Origin: an uncultured Eubacteriales bacterium | GTDB taxonomy: Bacteria > Bacillota > Clostridia > Oscillospirales > CAG-382 | Assembly: GCA_900551295.1 (NCBI GenBank) | Contig: URVJ01000007.1 | Location: 20,560-84,559 of the forward strand | Length of the DNA stretch: 64,000 nucleotides | Direction of reading: 5' to 3' | In this document: piece by piece, positions 11,126 to 21,033 of the stretch | Layout of the letters: the number at the start of each line of letters is the position of its first letter | Position numbering within the stretch: position 1 is the stretch's first letter | Translations under genes and position numbers: made by a program | The notes under the pieces: model-generated | Told to the model about the DNA's origin: nothing | The model's input: the letters and a program-made list of their open reading frames with translations, nothing else | The model's database searches: none

Positions 11126-11740
11126 TTAAAAATAATTTTCTTTTAAGAGTTGTTTCTTCAATGCTTCTCTTGCGCGGAACAGCCTTGACTTGACGGTGCC
11201 GGGTTCAAGACCCGTCATCTGCGCTATCTGTTCGTATGTGTAGTCGTTAATGTCGCGAAGCACGATTATTTCGCGGTGTTCATCCGAAAGACGCGAAACG
11301 GCAGCCCATAAAAACTGTTTTCTTTCATTTTTGAGAGCCGTCTGTTCGGGATAATTCTTCTCGTCGGTATCGGGAAGTTCAAGACCTTTGCCGTCCTCGT
11401 CGGTTTCGTCAAGACTTACGTTTTCTCCTTTTTTCTTTCTGACAAAATCGTATGCGCAGTTCTTGGCAACACGGTACAGCCACGTTGAAAAGCTGCTTTC
11501 GCCCTTGAAAGAGGAGAGCGAACGGTAAACTTTCAGAAATACTTCCTGGCAAACGTCTGCGGTATCGTCCGCACTGCCGATTATCGGGTAAACGCATGTG
11601 CTTACAAAGCGTTCGTATTTGCGCAAGAGTGTTTCAAAAGAATTTTCGTCGCCGTCCGCAGCTTTAAAGGCAAGCAGTGTATCCTCGGGGAGATCTTCGC
11701 CGTAGTTTTTCTGCTCTTTTGCCTTAAAAAACAAACCCAA
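11126..11740 (-). CDS. ECF-type RNA polymerase sigma-70 family factor
   Basis: Region 2 (DVCQEVFLKVYRSLSSFKGESSFSTWLYRVAKNCAYDFVRKK) and region 4 (REIIVLRDINDYTYEQIAQMTGLEPGTVKSRLFRAREALK). A TTG start at 11740 sits 9 nt after GGAGG. The track ORF start at 11806 has no RBS. Confidence 0.85.
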   Translation of the reverse strand: MGLFFKAKEQKNYGEDLPEDTLLAFKAADGDENSFETLLRKYERFVSTCVYPIIGSADDTADVCQEVFLKVYRSLSSFKGESSFSTWLYRVAKNCAYDFVRKKKGENVSLDETDEDGKGLELPDTDEKNYPEQTALKNERKQFLWAAVSRLSDEHREIIVLRDINDYTYEQIAQMTGLEPGTVKSRLFRAREALKKQLLKENYF

Positions 11741-11919
11741 ATATAAGCACCTCCGTTCTTTTATAATATCATTATTAAGTATATCACGTTTCAAATACTT
11801 TTTCAAGTGTAAAATGCAACAATCCGCAAACGATTTGAAAATATTGCGTTGCGCAACGCTTACAAAATCAAAAGACGCAGCAGCAATTTTTAAGAATGCC
11901 GCAGCGCCTCGTTTTTTGG

Positions 11920-12507
11920 TTATTCGATTACTATTTCAAGGCTTTCAAACAGATTTGATACTTCGGGATAGCAGAAACGCGCTCCTTTCAGAAAATTTGT
12001 CAGCACGTCTATCCTGTACCCGTATGCGTCCCTGAAATCGCACTTTTTTAAGTCGCATTTGAAAAATTCTGTTTTTGCAAGATCGCAGCCGTAAAAGCTT
12101 GCGTCCGAAAGATCACATTCCGCAAAGAGCGTGACCGAAATTGAGTTTCCTTTAAAGTCAAAACGTCTGAAATTCATATTTGCAAACGTGTTGTATTTTA
12201 AATTGCAGTTTTTAAAGGCTTCGACCGGCTTTGCAAAACGGCCGCTTGAACATAATGAAAGCCAGCTGACGCCGTAAAGCGCACAGCCTTTAAAATTGCA
12301 GCTCACAAGCACGGAATTGTCGTCGCTCGGGTTAATAATGCTGCATGAATCAAAGGTGCAGAGAGAAAATTTTACCTTTTTGACAAGCGTGTTTTCAAAA
12401 CGGCAGTTTTTAAAGGTGCAGCTTTCAAACTCAATGTTCTCCGCAGTGCTGTCGAGAAGATTCAGATTTTCAAACAGCCTGTCCTCGTAATAGTTGTACT
12501 CTGCCAT
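11920..12507 (-). CDS. Pentapeptide-repeat protein
   Basis: 195 aa built from tandem 5-residue periodicity (CTFKNCRFENTLVKKVKFSLCTFDSCSI..., CDLSDASFYGCDLAKTEFFKCDLKKCDF). Confidence 0.8.
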   Translation of the reverse strand: MAEYNYYEDRLFENLNLLDSTAENIEFESCTFKNCRFENTLVKKVKFSLCTFDSCSIINPSDDNSVLVSCNFKGCALYGVSWLSLCSSGRFAKPVEAFKNCNLKYNTFANMNFRRFDFKGNSISVTLFAECDLSDASFYGCDLAKTEFFKCDLKKCDFRDAYGYRIDVLTNFLKGARFCYPEVSNLFESLEIVIE

Positions 12508-12512
12508 ATAAC

Positions 12513-13652
12513 TCAGTCGTCAACACGCGTGCCGAGAATTTCTACGTTGTCGCGGAAGAACTGTTCAAAGCGTCCCTCGTCGAGTGCGGCGCGTATTTTT
12601 TCCATGAGCGTGTTGTAGAAATAGAGGTTGTGAAGAACGCAGAGTCTCATTCCGAGAAGCTCGCGCGCCTTGAAAAGATGTCTGATGTAGGCTCTCGTGT
12701 AGCTTCTGCACGCCGGACACTGACAGCCTTCCTCGATAGGACGCGGATCGCGTTCGTACTTTGCGTTGTTTAAGTTCATGAATCCTCTTGAGGTAAAGAG
12801 ATTGCCGTGACGGGCGTTTCTGCTCGGCATAACGCAGTCGAAGAAGTCAACTCCGCGGCGCACAGCCTCAAGAATGTTTACGGGAGTACCGACGCCCATT
12901 AAGTATCTCGGCTTGTCCGTCGGCATAAACGGCTGAACGACATCTATAATGTTGTACATTTCCTCTGCGCTCTCGCCGACCGCAAGACCGCCTATCGCAT
13001 ATCCGTCAAGACCTTCAAATTCTGCGATCTGCTTCATGTGATCCGCACGCAGATCCTCGTATGTCGAGCCCTGATTTATGCCGAAAAGCATTTGTTTGGG
13101 GTTTATCGCACCCGGTTCTGCATTGTTTTTCTTAACTTCGTCAATGCATATTTTGAGCCAGCGCGCGGTTCTCGCACAGGAGTTTTTCGCGTAGTTGTAT
13201 TCCGCAGGGTTTGCAACGCATTCGTCAAACGCCATGGCAATGGTAGAGCCGAGATTTGCCTGTATTCTCATGCTCTCCTTGGGTCCCATGAAAATGCGCT
13301 TTCCGTCCATGTGAGAGGCAAATAAAACGCCCTCTTCGCTTATTTTGCGCAGTACCGCAAGGGAGAACACCTGAAATCCGCCGCTGTCGGTGAGAATGGG
13401 ACCTGACCAGTTGAAAAACTTGTGCAGACCGCCGAGATCGCGGATAACGTCGTCGCCGGGACGTATGTGCAGATGGTAAGTGTTGGATAATTCGACCTGG
13501 CATTTGATTTGTCTTAAGTCGTCTGTCGATACGGCACCCTTTATGGCAGCCGATGTGCCTACGTTCATGAATACCGGCGTTTGTATTGTTCCGTGCGGAG
13601 TTACAAATTCGCCTCGTCTTGCAAGACCTTCCTGCTTTAAAAGTTTAAACAT
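12513..13652 (-). CDS. tgt: tRNA-guanine transglycosylase (queuine tRNA-ribosyltransferase)
   Basis: MFKLLKQEGLARRGEFVTPHGTIQTPVFMNVGT..., the LTDSGGFQVFSL motif and the zinc motif CQCPACRSYTRAYIRHL. Confidence 0.95.
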   Translation of the reverse strand: MFKLLKQEGLARRGEFVTPHGTIQTPVFMNVGTSAAIKGAVSTDDLRQIKCQVELSNTYHLHIRPGDDVIRDLGGLHKFFNWSGPILTDSGGFQVFSLAVLRKISEEGVLFASHMDGKRIFMGPKESMRIQANLGSTIAMAFDECVANPAEYNYAKNSCARTARWLKICIDEVKKNNAEPGAINPKQMLFGINQGSTYEDLRADHMKQIAEFEGLDGYAIGGLAVGESAEEMYNIIDVVQPFMPTDKPRYLMGVGTPVNILEAVRRGVDFFDCVMPSRNARHGNLFTSRGFMNLNNAKYERDPRPIEEGCQCPACRSYTRAYIRHLFKARELLGMRLCVLHNLYFYNTLMEKIRAALDEGRFEQFFRDNVEILGTRVDD

Positions 13653-13682
13653 TGATTTTTTCGCCTTTCAGTATATGATGAT

Positions 13683-15836
13683 TCATGTTCTGTCGAACAT
13701 TTTGTTGAGCTTGTCGTGTGAGATCTCGTGAATTACGGGTCTGCCGTGCGGGCAGTAAAGCACGGCGTCGTTACCGAAAACCTCGTCTATTATCATTTTG
13801 TTGTCTATGTCGGTGTGCTTGTCTCCGCCCTTGATTGCGGCGCGGCAGGCAGCAGTGAACAGCGCGCGGTCGAATATTTCTCCTGCGGAACGGTTGTTGC
13901 CTTCGGCAAGCTTTCCGGCAAGGAAAGTAAAGACGTCTTTTGCGTCGGAGTGGCGTATCGGCGTCGGAATGGCGCGTATTATAAAGCTGTCTGTGCCGAA
14001 ATCGTCAAACTCAAATCCGATCTTTTCAAAGTATTCCTTGTTTTCACGTGCGCACACAGCCTCTTTCGGCGTAAGGAATACGTTTATTCCCTCAAGAAGA
14101 AACTGAGATGAATGTTCGTAATCGGGATTTTTCAGCCTTTCGTATATAATACGTTCGTGAGAGGCGTGCTTGTCGATTATGTACATGCTCTGCTTGTACT
14201 GAACAATCAAATATGTATCGAAAACCTCGCCTATGTATATCGGCTTTTGTCTGAAAGCGGTTGAGGTAATCTCGCCCTGCTTTTCAAAAATCCTTTGCGG
14301 TACTGTGTCTGATACCGATTTGACTTCATTTTCGGTTTTAACGGAAACACTGCTGTCAGCGGCAATATCCGTAATTTTAAATGCACTTTTTGCCTCGTCC
14401 GCAGTTTTTTGCGCCCCATTTAAGCCGAAAGCCTGTTTTGTTTCGGATTGTTCATTAACACTTTGACTTTTTTCATATTCGCCGAAAACCATATTCGGAA
14501 GTTCGGCAGATTTGGTTTGTACCTCGTTCTGCCCGTCCTTGCCGGAATCGGATTGCGGAAGATCCGGAACGTAAAGCGCACCGTTATCCGTAATCTTTAT
14601 GCCGTTTTCGTAATGCGGCAAAGCAGAGACGTTATTTTTTTGCTCCGTATTAGTTTGTAATGCCGCGTCGCTTTGTACTTGATTGTTGTATACAGGTACA
14701 CTTTCCTGCACGGGAATTTCCGCGCTTTTTGAAAGCGCTGCCGGAACTTCGGAAATGTGTTCTTTGGTTTCCTGTGCGGAGGGGCGTTTTTCTTCGGCAG
14801 ACGCACTTTCCGAAACAATCGAATTTCTTTCAAACTCCGTAAAGGTAACTCCCGCCGAAACGGCGTTCTTGACGGCAAAATATACCGCGTCGAAAATTCT
14901 TCTTTCGTCGGAGAATTTTATCTCCAATTTTGCCGGGTGAACGTTTACGTCAACGAGCCTGAAATCTATGTCGCAGAACAGCACGCACGCAGGAAATTTT
15001 CCGGTAGGGCAGAAACCTCTGAAACCCTCTTCGAGTGCCGCAAGCATGGTTCGCGAACGAATGTATCTGTTGTTTACGAAAAAGTTCTGCATATTGCGGT
15101 TTGGACGGCAGAATTCGGGTTTTCCGATATAGCCGTGAATCTTAACTCCCGAATATTCGTAATCTACGGGTAACAGCGCTGCCGCAAATTCGCGTCCGAG
15201 CGCAGAATATATCGCGCTTTTGAGATTTCCGTCGCCGGGAGACTGCAATTTAACATTGTTGTCCGAAATAAACGTAAGAGCAATGTCGGGACGCGACAGA
15301 ACGAACTTTTCGCACACCGCAAGCACCGAAAGCGCCTCCGTAGAATCTTTTTTCAGAAATTTGCGTCTTGCCGGGACGTTTTCAAATATGTTCTGAACCG
15401 TGATGGTGGTTCCGTAGGGACAGCCCGCGTCCTCAAGCACCGTCTGCTCGCCGAAATCGCACTCGAACAGCGTTCCCGAAACCTCTTCTTTGCACGACGT
15501 AAGTATTCTCACCCTTGCAACGGAGGATATTGCAGCAAGAGCCTCACCGCGGAAACCGTACGTCATTATGGCTTCAAGGTCGCTGCCTGTCTTTATCTTG
15601 CTTGTAGCGTGTCTCATTACGGCTTTCGGAACATCTTCGCGCGACATTCCCTTGCCGTCGTCAGTAACCCTTATAAAGGTCGTGCCGCCGTTCTTGATTT
15701 CGACCGTCACGTTCTTCGCGCCCGCGTCGGCACAGTTTTCAAGCATTTCCTTTATTGCCGAGGACGGACGTTCCACAACTTCGCCGGCTGCTATTAAGTT
15801 TGCCGTTTGTTTGTCGAGAATGTTGATTATGCCCAA
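13683..15836 (-). CDS. mutL: DNA mismatch repair protein MutL
   Basis: INILDKQTANLIAAGEVVERPSSAIKEMLENCADAGA... (GHKL ATPase) and a C-terminal dimerisation/endonuclease region (DKHASHERIIYE). A TTG at 15836 is preceded by AAGGAGGAG. The track start at 15935 is an unsupported extension. Confidence 0.93.
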   Translation of the reverse strand: MGIINILDKQTANLIAAGEVVERPSSAIKEMLENCADAGAKNVTVEIKNGGTTFIRVTDDGKGMSREDVPKAVMRHATSKIKTGSDLEAIMTYGFRGEALAAISSVARVRILTSCKEEVSGTLFECDFGEQTVLEDAGCPYGTTITVQNIFENVPARRKFLKKDSTEALSVLAVCEKFVLSRPDIALTFISDNNVKLQSPGDGNLKSAIYSALGREFAAALLPVDYEYSGVKIHGYIGKPEFCRPNRNMQNFFVNNRYIRSRTMLAALEEGFRGFCPTGKFPACVLFCDIDFRLVDVNVHPAKLEIKFSDERRIFDAVYFAVKNAVSAGVTFTEFERNSIVSESASAEEKRPSAQETKEHISEVPAALSKSAEIPVQESVPVYNNQVQSDAALQTNTEQKNNVSALPHYENGIKITDNGALYVPDLPQSDSGKDGQNEVQTKSAELPNMVFGEYEKSQSVNEQSETKQAFGLNGAQKTADEAKSAFKITDIAADSSVSVKTENEVKSVSDTVPQRIFEKQGEITSTAFRQKPIYIGEVFDTYLIVQYKQSMYIIDKHASHERIIYERLKNPDYEHSSQFLLEGINVFLTPKEAVCARENKEYFEKIGFEFDDFGTDSFIIRAIPTPIRHSDAKDVFTFLAGKLAEGNNRSAGEIFDRALFTAACRAAIKGGDKHTDIDNKMIIDEVFGNDAVLYCPHGRPVIHEISHDKLNKMFDRT

Positions 15837-16091
15837 AAGTTCTCTCTCCTCCTTTGCACGTAAATAGAGCGCATATATTCTGTCGTAATGTGCGCATAAA
15901 TACCTTATTATAAAATCTAAATTTAATTCTACCACATTTTTCGTCTTTTGTAAACAAGTTTTGAGTTATTTGATTAAATTCGCCTTTTTGGTATTATTTT
16001 TCGGTAAAATAAGCTTTTGATAAAAATATTTCTTGTAAAATAAGCAAAAGTATTGTATAATAGGGTAAATAATTATCGGGAGTAACTGTAA

Positions 16092-17114
16092 ATGAGTAAA
16101 GATATAGGAATAGATCTCGGAACGGCAAATGTGCTTGTATATGTAAAGGGCAAGGGAGTAGTGCTTGAAGAGCCGTCCGTCGTTGCCGTTGAAAAGGAAA
16201 GCGGCAAAGTGCTTAAAGTCGGAAAAGAGGCGCAGGCGCTCTTGGGACGAACACCGGGAAATATTCTCGCGGTAAAACCGCTTGAGGACGGCGTTATCTC
16301 GCAGTACGACGTCACCATGAAAATGCTTAAATACTTTATCAGAAAGTCCGTCGGCACGGGATTTTTCAAACCGCGCGTAATGATATGCGTTCCGAGCGGC
16401 ATAACCGAGGTTGAGGAAAGGGCAGTGTGTGATGCGGCTCTCGCGGCAGGCGCAAAAAAGACTTATCTTATAGAAGAACCTTTTGCCGCAGCGATAGGCG
16501 CAGGTATCGACGTATCTAAACCCAACGGCAATATGGTCGTTGATATAGGCGGAGGTACGACCGACGCCGCCGTAATATCCTACGGAGATATAGTGACCAG
16601 CGAGTCCGTAAAGGCTGCCGGAAATAAGCTTGACGAAGCGATTGCAAAGTATATACGCTATAAGTATAATGTGCTTATCGGCGAGAGAACGGCGGAGGAT
16701 ATAAAGAAACAGATAGGTTCTGCGTTTCCGCTCGACAAAGAATACGTAATGGACGTAAAGGGCAGAGATCTCAAAGAAGGACTGCCCAAGATGATAACCA
16801 TAAATTCGGCTGAGGTAAGAGAGGCTGCGGAACCCGTCGTAAAGCAGATAGTTACGGCTGTTCTTCACGTAATAGAACGAACTCCGCCCGAACTTGTCGG
16901 CGACGTTGCCGCAAACGGAATAGTGCTTACGGGCGCCGGAAGCCTGCTTTACGGAATTGACCGCCTTATAGAGCATGCAACCGGAATACGCACATATATT
17001 GCGGAAAATCCGTCTGCCTGCGTTGTTCTCGGAACGGGAAGATACCTCGACAATCTTCAGGTTCTGCCCGAAGGGACGATAAATATTTCGCGCCGCAGAC
17101 AGCAAAGACTTTAA
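16092..17114 (+). CDS. mreB: Rod-shape-determining actin homologue, MreB/Mbl family
   Basis: MSKDIGIDLGTANVLVYVKGKGVVLEEPSVVAV..., MVVDIGGGTTD, VLTGAGSLL. Confidence 0.9.
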   Translation: MSKDIGIDLGTANVLVYVKGKGVVLEEPSVVAVEKESGKVLKVGKEAQALLGRTPGNILAVKPLEDGVISQYDVTMKMLKYFIRKSVGTGFFKPRVMICVPSGITEVEERAVCDAALAAGAKKTYLIEEPFAAAIGAGIDVSKPNGNMVVDIGGGTTDAAVISYGDIVTSESVKAAGNKLDEAIAKYIRYKYNVLIGERTAEDIKKQIGSAFPLDKEYVMDVKGRDLKEGLPKMITINSAEVREAAEPVVKQIVTAVLHVIERTPPELVGDVAANGIVLTGAGSLLYGIDRLIEHATGIRTYIAENPSACVVLGTGRYLDNLQVLPEGTINISRRRQQRL

Positions 17115-17138
17115 AATGCGCGAATAAATAAAAATTGA

Positions 17139-17160
17139 CTGCGGCTTTTACGCCGCAGCC
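17139..17160. terminator. Hairpin between the convergent mreB and isomerase genes (probably bidirectional)
   Basis: CTGCGGC-ttttac-GCCGCAG. The T-rich run lies on the minus-strand side (tcaatttttattt) and is weaker on the plus side. Confidence 0.5.
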
Positions 17161-17190
17161 TTGCATATATGATTTTCGGCTTTGCCGTTT

Positions 17191-17967
17191 TCAGCAAAGT
17201 CCCAGGGAATGGAGATAGTCAAAGCTCTTCTTTAAGCACTCGAACTGATCTTCGCCGTAGCAGCTGTCCTGTTCGACGAACGCATATTCCGTGCCGTTGT
17301 CAACGGCAGCCTTGATGATGGACTCAAAGTCAAGCAGTCCGCTTCCTACCGGTGCAAAGCGTTTCTCGCCGTCGGGTAGTATTACCATGTCTTTTAAATG
17401 TATGCAGGGAATTCTGCCGGATAATTTCTTTAACCATTCGACAGGATCATGACCGGCAGCCTTTACCCAGTAAGTGTCAAGCGTAAAGCCCATTTCGTCG
17501 GGAGCAAAGGTTTTCATGAGATATTCCATTGCGGTTTCGCCGTCAATTTCTATGAATTCCTTGTCGTGGTTGTGGTACATGAAGTAGCAGCCGTTGTCTT
17601 TCATGATTTTTGCGGCGTTAAGATAATTTTTTGTAAAATCGTACCATATGTCTTTGGATTTGCTTAGATGCTCGCTGAAAATTCCGGGCATGGAGCCGAT
17701 GCCTATGTATTTGCAGCCGAAAATTTTGTGTTCTTTTATGACGTTCTCGGTGTCGGTGCTTATTCTTCCCATATCGTAGTGGGTAAGATCGCAGGTAAGG
17801 CCGTTTTTGTCAAGTTCTTCTTTTAACCATTCCGGCTCGTATTTGCAGGTTCCTGAAACCTGAACCGATTTGTATCCTATGTCGGCGATCTTTTTGAGAC
17901 ATTCGGATATGCCTTCCGTGTTTTTTGTAAGATCGTGTACCGTATACATCTGTGCGCCGATTTTCAT
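17191..17967 (-). CDS. Sugar phosphate isomerase/epimerase (xylose-isomerase-like TIM barrel)
   Basis: 258 aa. The overall pattern (MKIGAQMYTV..., HNHDKEF, HLKD, EQD) is typical of the AP_endonuc_2 family. Confidence 0.7.
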   Translation of the reverse strand: MKIGAQMYTVHDLTKNTEGISECLKKIADIGYKSVQVSGTCKYEPEWLKEELDKNGLTCDLTHYDMGRISTDTENVIKEHKIFGCKYIGIGSMPGIFSEHLSKSKDIWYDFTKNYLNAAKIMKDNGCYFMYHNHDKEFIEIDGETAMEYLMKTFAPDEMGFTLDTYWVKAAGHDPVEWLKKLSGRIPCIHLKDMVILPDGEKRFAPVGSGLLDFESIIKAAVDNGTEYAFVEQDSCYGEDQFECLKKSFDYLHSLGLC

Positions 17968-18139
17968 AAATAAACCCTCTTTTCATCAGAATATGTTTTT
18001 TGTATTTATTGTCGGTTGACATTCTCTCTGTTTGCTATTATAATATTATTGAAAATATTTTTCAATGGATTATTTTAAGATAAACTATGCATATTTGTGT
18101 TTTTAAACTGTTTTTAAAAAATAATTCGGAGGTTTGCAT

Positions 18140-18889
18140 ATGCCCGACGTAAGATATTTTATACATTACCTTGCCAAAAGAAGCTGCATTGCGGAAAAGA
18201 TAGACGATTTTGAGCCGCTTACATACTGCGACCTTACTTTTGTAATAGACGGAAGCCTGAATTACCGCATTAACGGTCAGAGCTTTACGCTCGGTCCGGG
18301 GGACGCAATGTTTTGTCCCGAGGGCGGAATAAGAAAGCGTGAAAAGGGCACGGAACGGACAAACTATATATCTATAAACTTTCGCTGCTCAGGTTCAGAC
18401 GTTCCGCTCATGCCGTACTGTATGCGAGATATATACTGTCACGATATAGATTATTGCGTTTCAAAACTGCTTGGAATATACTATCAGAACGGAAAATATA
18501 CGCTGAAAAAGTGCAGTTGTCTGATTGAATATGTGCTGTTTGAGATGCTTGAACGGCTTTCCGACGAGGAGGAAAACAGGCACGTCGCGCTCATGAAACG
18601 TTATATTTCCTATAATTGGTACAGAAAAATAAGCCTCGATGAAATTTCGGAGGCTGCGCATCTGAGCCGTTCGTACTCGTCCGCCGTGTTCAAAAAGACG
18701 GTCGGAATGTCTATAAGCGACTATATTATAGATATACGTATAAGCAGAGCGTGTGAAATGCTGAGATTTTCCGACGAGTCGGTTGCGGATATTGCCGATA
18801 AGACGGGATTTTGCGATATTTTCTATTTCAGCAAGACCTTTAAACGCATAAAAGGTATCTCTCCGCTTCAGTATCGCTCAATGAAATGA
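18140..18889 (+). CDS. AraC-family transcriptional regulator (cupin N-domain plus HTH)
   Basis: C-terminal AraC HTH (ISEAAHLSRSYSSAVFKKTVGMSISDYIIDIRISRACEMLRFSDESVADIADKTGFCDIFYFSKTFKRIKGISPLQYR). It is divergent from the isomerase gene. ATG at 18140 follows GGAGG. Confidence 0.85.
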   Translation: MPDVRYFIHYLAKRSCIAEKIDDFEPLTYCDLTFVIDGSLNYRINGQSFTLGPGDAMFCPEGGIRKREKGTERTNYISINFRCSGSDVPLMPYCMRDIYCHDIDYCVSKLLGIYYQNGKYTLKKCSCLIEYVLFEMLERLSDEEENRHVALMKRYISYNWYRKISLDEISEAAHLSRSYSSAVFKKTVGMSISDYIIDIRISRACEMLRFSDESVADIADKTGFCDIFYFSKTFKRIKGISPLQYRSMK

Positions 18890-18911
18890 TGTAAAAACGA
18901 AAGGAATGTAA

Positions 18912-20762
18912 ATGAAGAAAAAGTTTTTCCTTCTGCAAAAAAATAAAGACGGCTTTACACGAACGCAAAGCATAATATATGATTTTTTTATGCCGCTGAT
19001 GCTTGTAATATCAGCCGTGATATGCGGAGTTCTGTCGCTGATGCTTGCATACGGGCAGTATGAAAGAGTGCTGTTTTACAGCTATTTTTCAAATCCGTTT
19101 ATATTGTTTCTCAACATTCTGCCGACGGTGCTTATGTCGCTTGTTTTGTGGGGACTTTGCGGCAGGGCTTGGATCGCAAACCTTGTTTCGTCCGTCATAA
19201 CTCTCGGATTTACGTCGGCAGACTACTATCTTCTCAAATTCCGCGACGATCCGCTGATGTTTTCCGACGTAATGTATGTAAGAGAGGCGGCGCAGATTAA
19301 TTCAAGATACGATATGACTCCCGGTAAGCGTATGATATTTGCATATGTGATTTGTATTGTTCTTACCGTACTTCTGTTTTTCTTTGCACGCAAGAAGCCC
19401 AAAGCCGGAATACGGATACCCGTGACGGTTCTTGCTGTGCTCTTGGCATTTGTTCCGGTCAAAAATCTTTATACTGACGCCTATATTTATGATGTAAAAA
19501 CGGCGAACTACGAATATATAAACCACTGGTCGTCAACGCAGAACTTTGTTTCAAAGGGCTTTGTATATCCGTTTCTTCACAGCGTATCCGACGCATTTCC
19601 GAAAGCTCCCGACGGTTATTCCGAAAAGGCGGCAAAAGAAATACTTTCCGCTTATACCGATTCGGATATACCCGAAGAAAAAAGAGTCGATATAATCGCG
19701 GTAATGCTTGAAGCATATAACGATCTTACGCTGCTCGGCGTTGACGGAATAGACCAAAGCGTTTATAAAGCGTACCACGATCTGCTTGACGAGTGCTATC
19801 ACGGACGCCTTGTGACAAATATCTTTGCCGGAGGCACCATCGATACCGAACGCGCGTTTTTAACGGGATATTCGACGCTCGGCAATTTCAGACACGATAC
19901 AAATTCTTACGTGCGCTATCTTGAATCGCAGAATTATTACGCCGACGGAAGCCACCCGTGCTACCGCTGGTTCTACAACCGCCTTAACGTGAATAATTAT
20001 CTCGGCTTCAAGAACTATTACTTCTACGAGGACTATTACAGCACGCTGTCGTCTACGATTGCCGTGGATTCGATAGTATTCCCGGAAATAAAGAATTTCT
20101 ATGACCGCGAAAAGGATTCGGGACAGAATTATTTCGGGTTTCATGTAACTTATCAGGGACACGGCCCGTACTCGGCTGAAAGTCTCGACTGGGTATCTCA
20201 GCCGGTGTTTTCAAACCCGGCAGTCGGAGAGGCTTCGTCTGTCATACTAAATAACTATCTCGGCTCGGTATCAAATACGGCGGAAAATATAGTAAACCTT
20301 GTAAATGAGCTGAAAAAAGAGGATAAACCCGTTTTGTTCGTATTCTTCGGCGACCATAAACCGTGGCTCGGAGACGGTAACAGCGTTTATAACGAACTCG
20401 GAGTTGATCTTGACGTGTCAGAGTACGACGGATTTATGAATTACTATTCCACTGAATACGCAATTTTTGCAAACGACGCCGCAAAAGAGCTTCTCGGCAA
20501 TGATTTTGTCGGAACGGGACCGACAATAAGCCCGTGCTTTTTAATGAATGAACTTTTTTCTGAATGCTCGTATGAGGGAAACGCGTATATGAAGTTTACA
20601 AACTACGTCAGAAGTTTGCTTCCCGTAATAAACAAAAACGGATTTATCGACGAGAACGGAAATTTCTACACCGACGAAGACGATCTTGATGAACAGCATA
20701 AAGAGGCTTTGCACAAGTTCAGAATTGTGGAAAAATACGTGTCGGATAACTTCTCAAAGTAA
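18912..20762 (+). CDS. LTA-synthase-family / sulfatase-like membrane protein
   Basis: Five N-terminal TM segments followed by an extracytoplasmic sulfatase-like domain (VMLEAYNDL, FFGDHKPW). Confidence 0.7.
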   Translation: MKKKFFLLQKNKDGFTRTQSIIYDFFMPLMLVISAVICGVLSLMLAYGQYERVLFYSYFSNPFILFLNILPTVLMSLVLWGLCGRAWIANLVSSVITLGFTSADYYLLKFRDDPLMFSDVMYVREAAQINSRYDMTPGKRMIFAYVICIVLTVLLFFFARKKPKAGIRIPVTVLAVLLAFVPVKNLYTDAYIYDVKTANYEYINHWSSTQNFVSKGFVYPFLHSVSDAFPKAPDGYSEKAAKEILSAYTDSDIPEEKRVDIIAVMLEAYNDLTLLGVDGIDQSVYKAYHDLLDECYHGRLVTNIFAGGTIDTERAFLTGYSTLGNFRHDTNSYVRYLESQNYYADGSHPCYRWFYNRLNVNNYLGFKNYYFYEDYYSTLSSTIAVDSIVFPEIKNFYDREKDSGQNYFGFHVTYQGHGPYSAESLDWVSQPVFSNPAVGEASSVILNNYLGSVSNTAENIVNLVNELKKEDKPVLFVFFGDHKPWLGDGNSVYNELGVDLDVSEYDGFMNYYSTEYAIFANDAAKELLGNDFVGTGPTISPCFLMNELFSECSYEGNAYMKFTNYVRSLLPVINKNGFIDENGNFYTDEDDLDEQHKEALHKFRIVEKYVSDNFSK

Positions 20763-20839
20763 AACACTTTAAGAAACTGTAAACAAAACGCCGCATTAAT
20801 GAATTATTTTAAATTTTTGTATTGATTTGCTGTTATGTG

Positions 20840-20868
20840 TTGACATATTCGGCTTTGCATAGTAAAAT
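20840..20868 (+). promoter_or_regulatory. Candidate sigma-70 promoter of the aro operon leader
   Basis: TTGACA-N17-TAAAAT. Confidence 0.55.
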
Positions 20869-20902
20869 ACTTTCATACACGAAAGAACACAGGTGACGGA
20901 TA

Positions 20903-21001
20903 ATGAAAATGTTTGATCTTATCAAAACTTATTTTTATTATTATTACGGCTTTGCTTTTAATACGGCAAGGTCTTTCGTCGTTGTGCCTTCGGCTGCGTA
21001 A
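20903..21001 (+). CDS. Candidate Tyr/Phe-rich leader peptide (32 aa) of the aromatic amino-acid operon
   Basis: AGGTGA RBS 6 nt before the ATG. Translation is MKMFDLIKTYFYYYYGFAFNTARSFVVVPSAA. Residues 10-19 contain 5 Tyr and 3 Phe. The ORF lies between the promoter and an intrinsic terminator immediately upstream of tyrA. It is too short for the ORF track. Confidence 0.5.
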   Translation: MKMFDLIKTYFYYYYGFAFNTARSFVVVPSAA

Positions 21002-21033
21002 CAAAAAAGCAGTACATTGTTGATGTGCGAAAG

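Noticed and set aside
11846-11859. Perfect 14-bp palindrome GCGTTGCGCAACGC between the pentapeptide-repeat gene and the ECF sigma gene
   Set aside because: It could be a weak terminator for the upstream gene in this operon direction, or an operator. It is a single copy with no flanking T-run of note and no second site, so the evidence is insufficient for a call.
13837-15935. N-terminal extensions given by the ORF track for mutL (start 15935). The same applies to the ECF sigma factor (11806), citrate synthase (60238), tyrA (21087), aroA (21935), perR (41653) and the LytTR regulator (61763).
   Set aside because: In each case an internal ATG or TTG preceded by a strong GGAGG-type RBS coincides with the conserved N-terminus of the family. 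The extensions lack an RBS.
15966-17105. 379-aa ORF on the minus strand
   Set aside because: It is entirely antisense to the clearly recognisable mreB gene. It has no RBS and its composition is odd (rich in Arg, Tyr, Phe and Cys). It is a typical shadow ORF.
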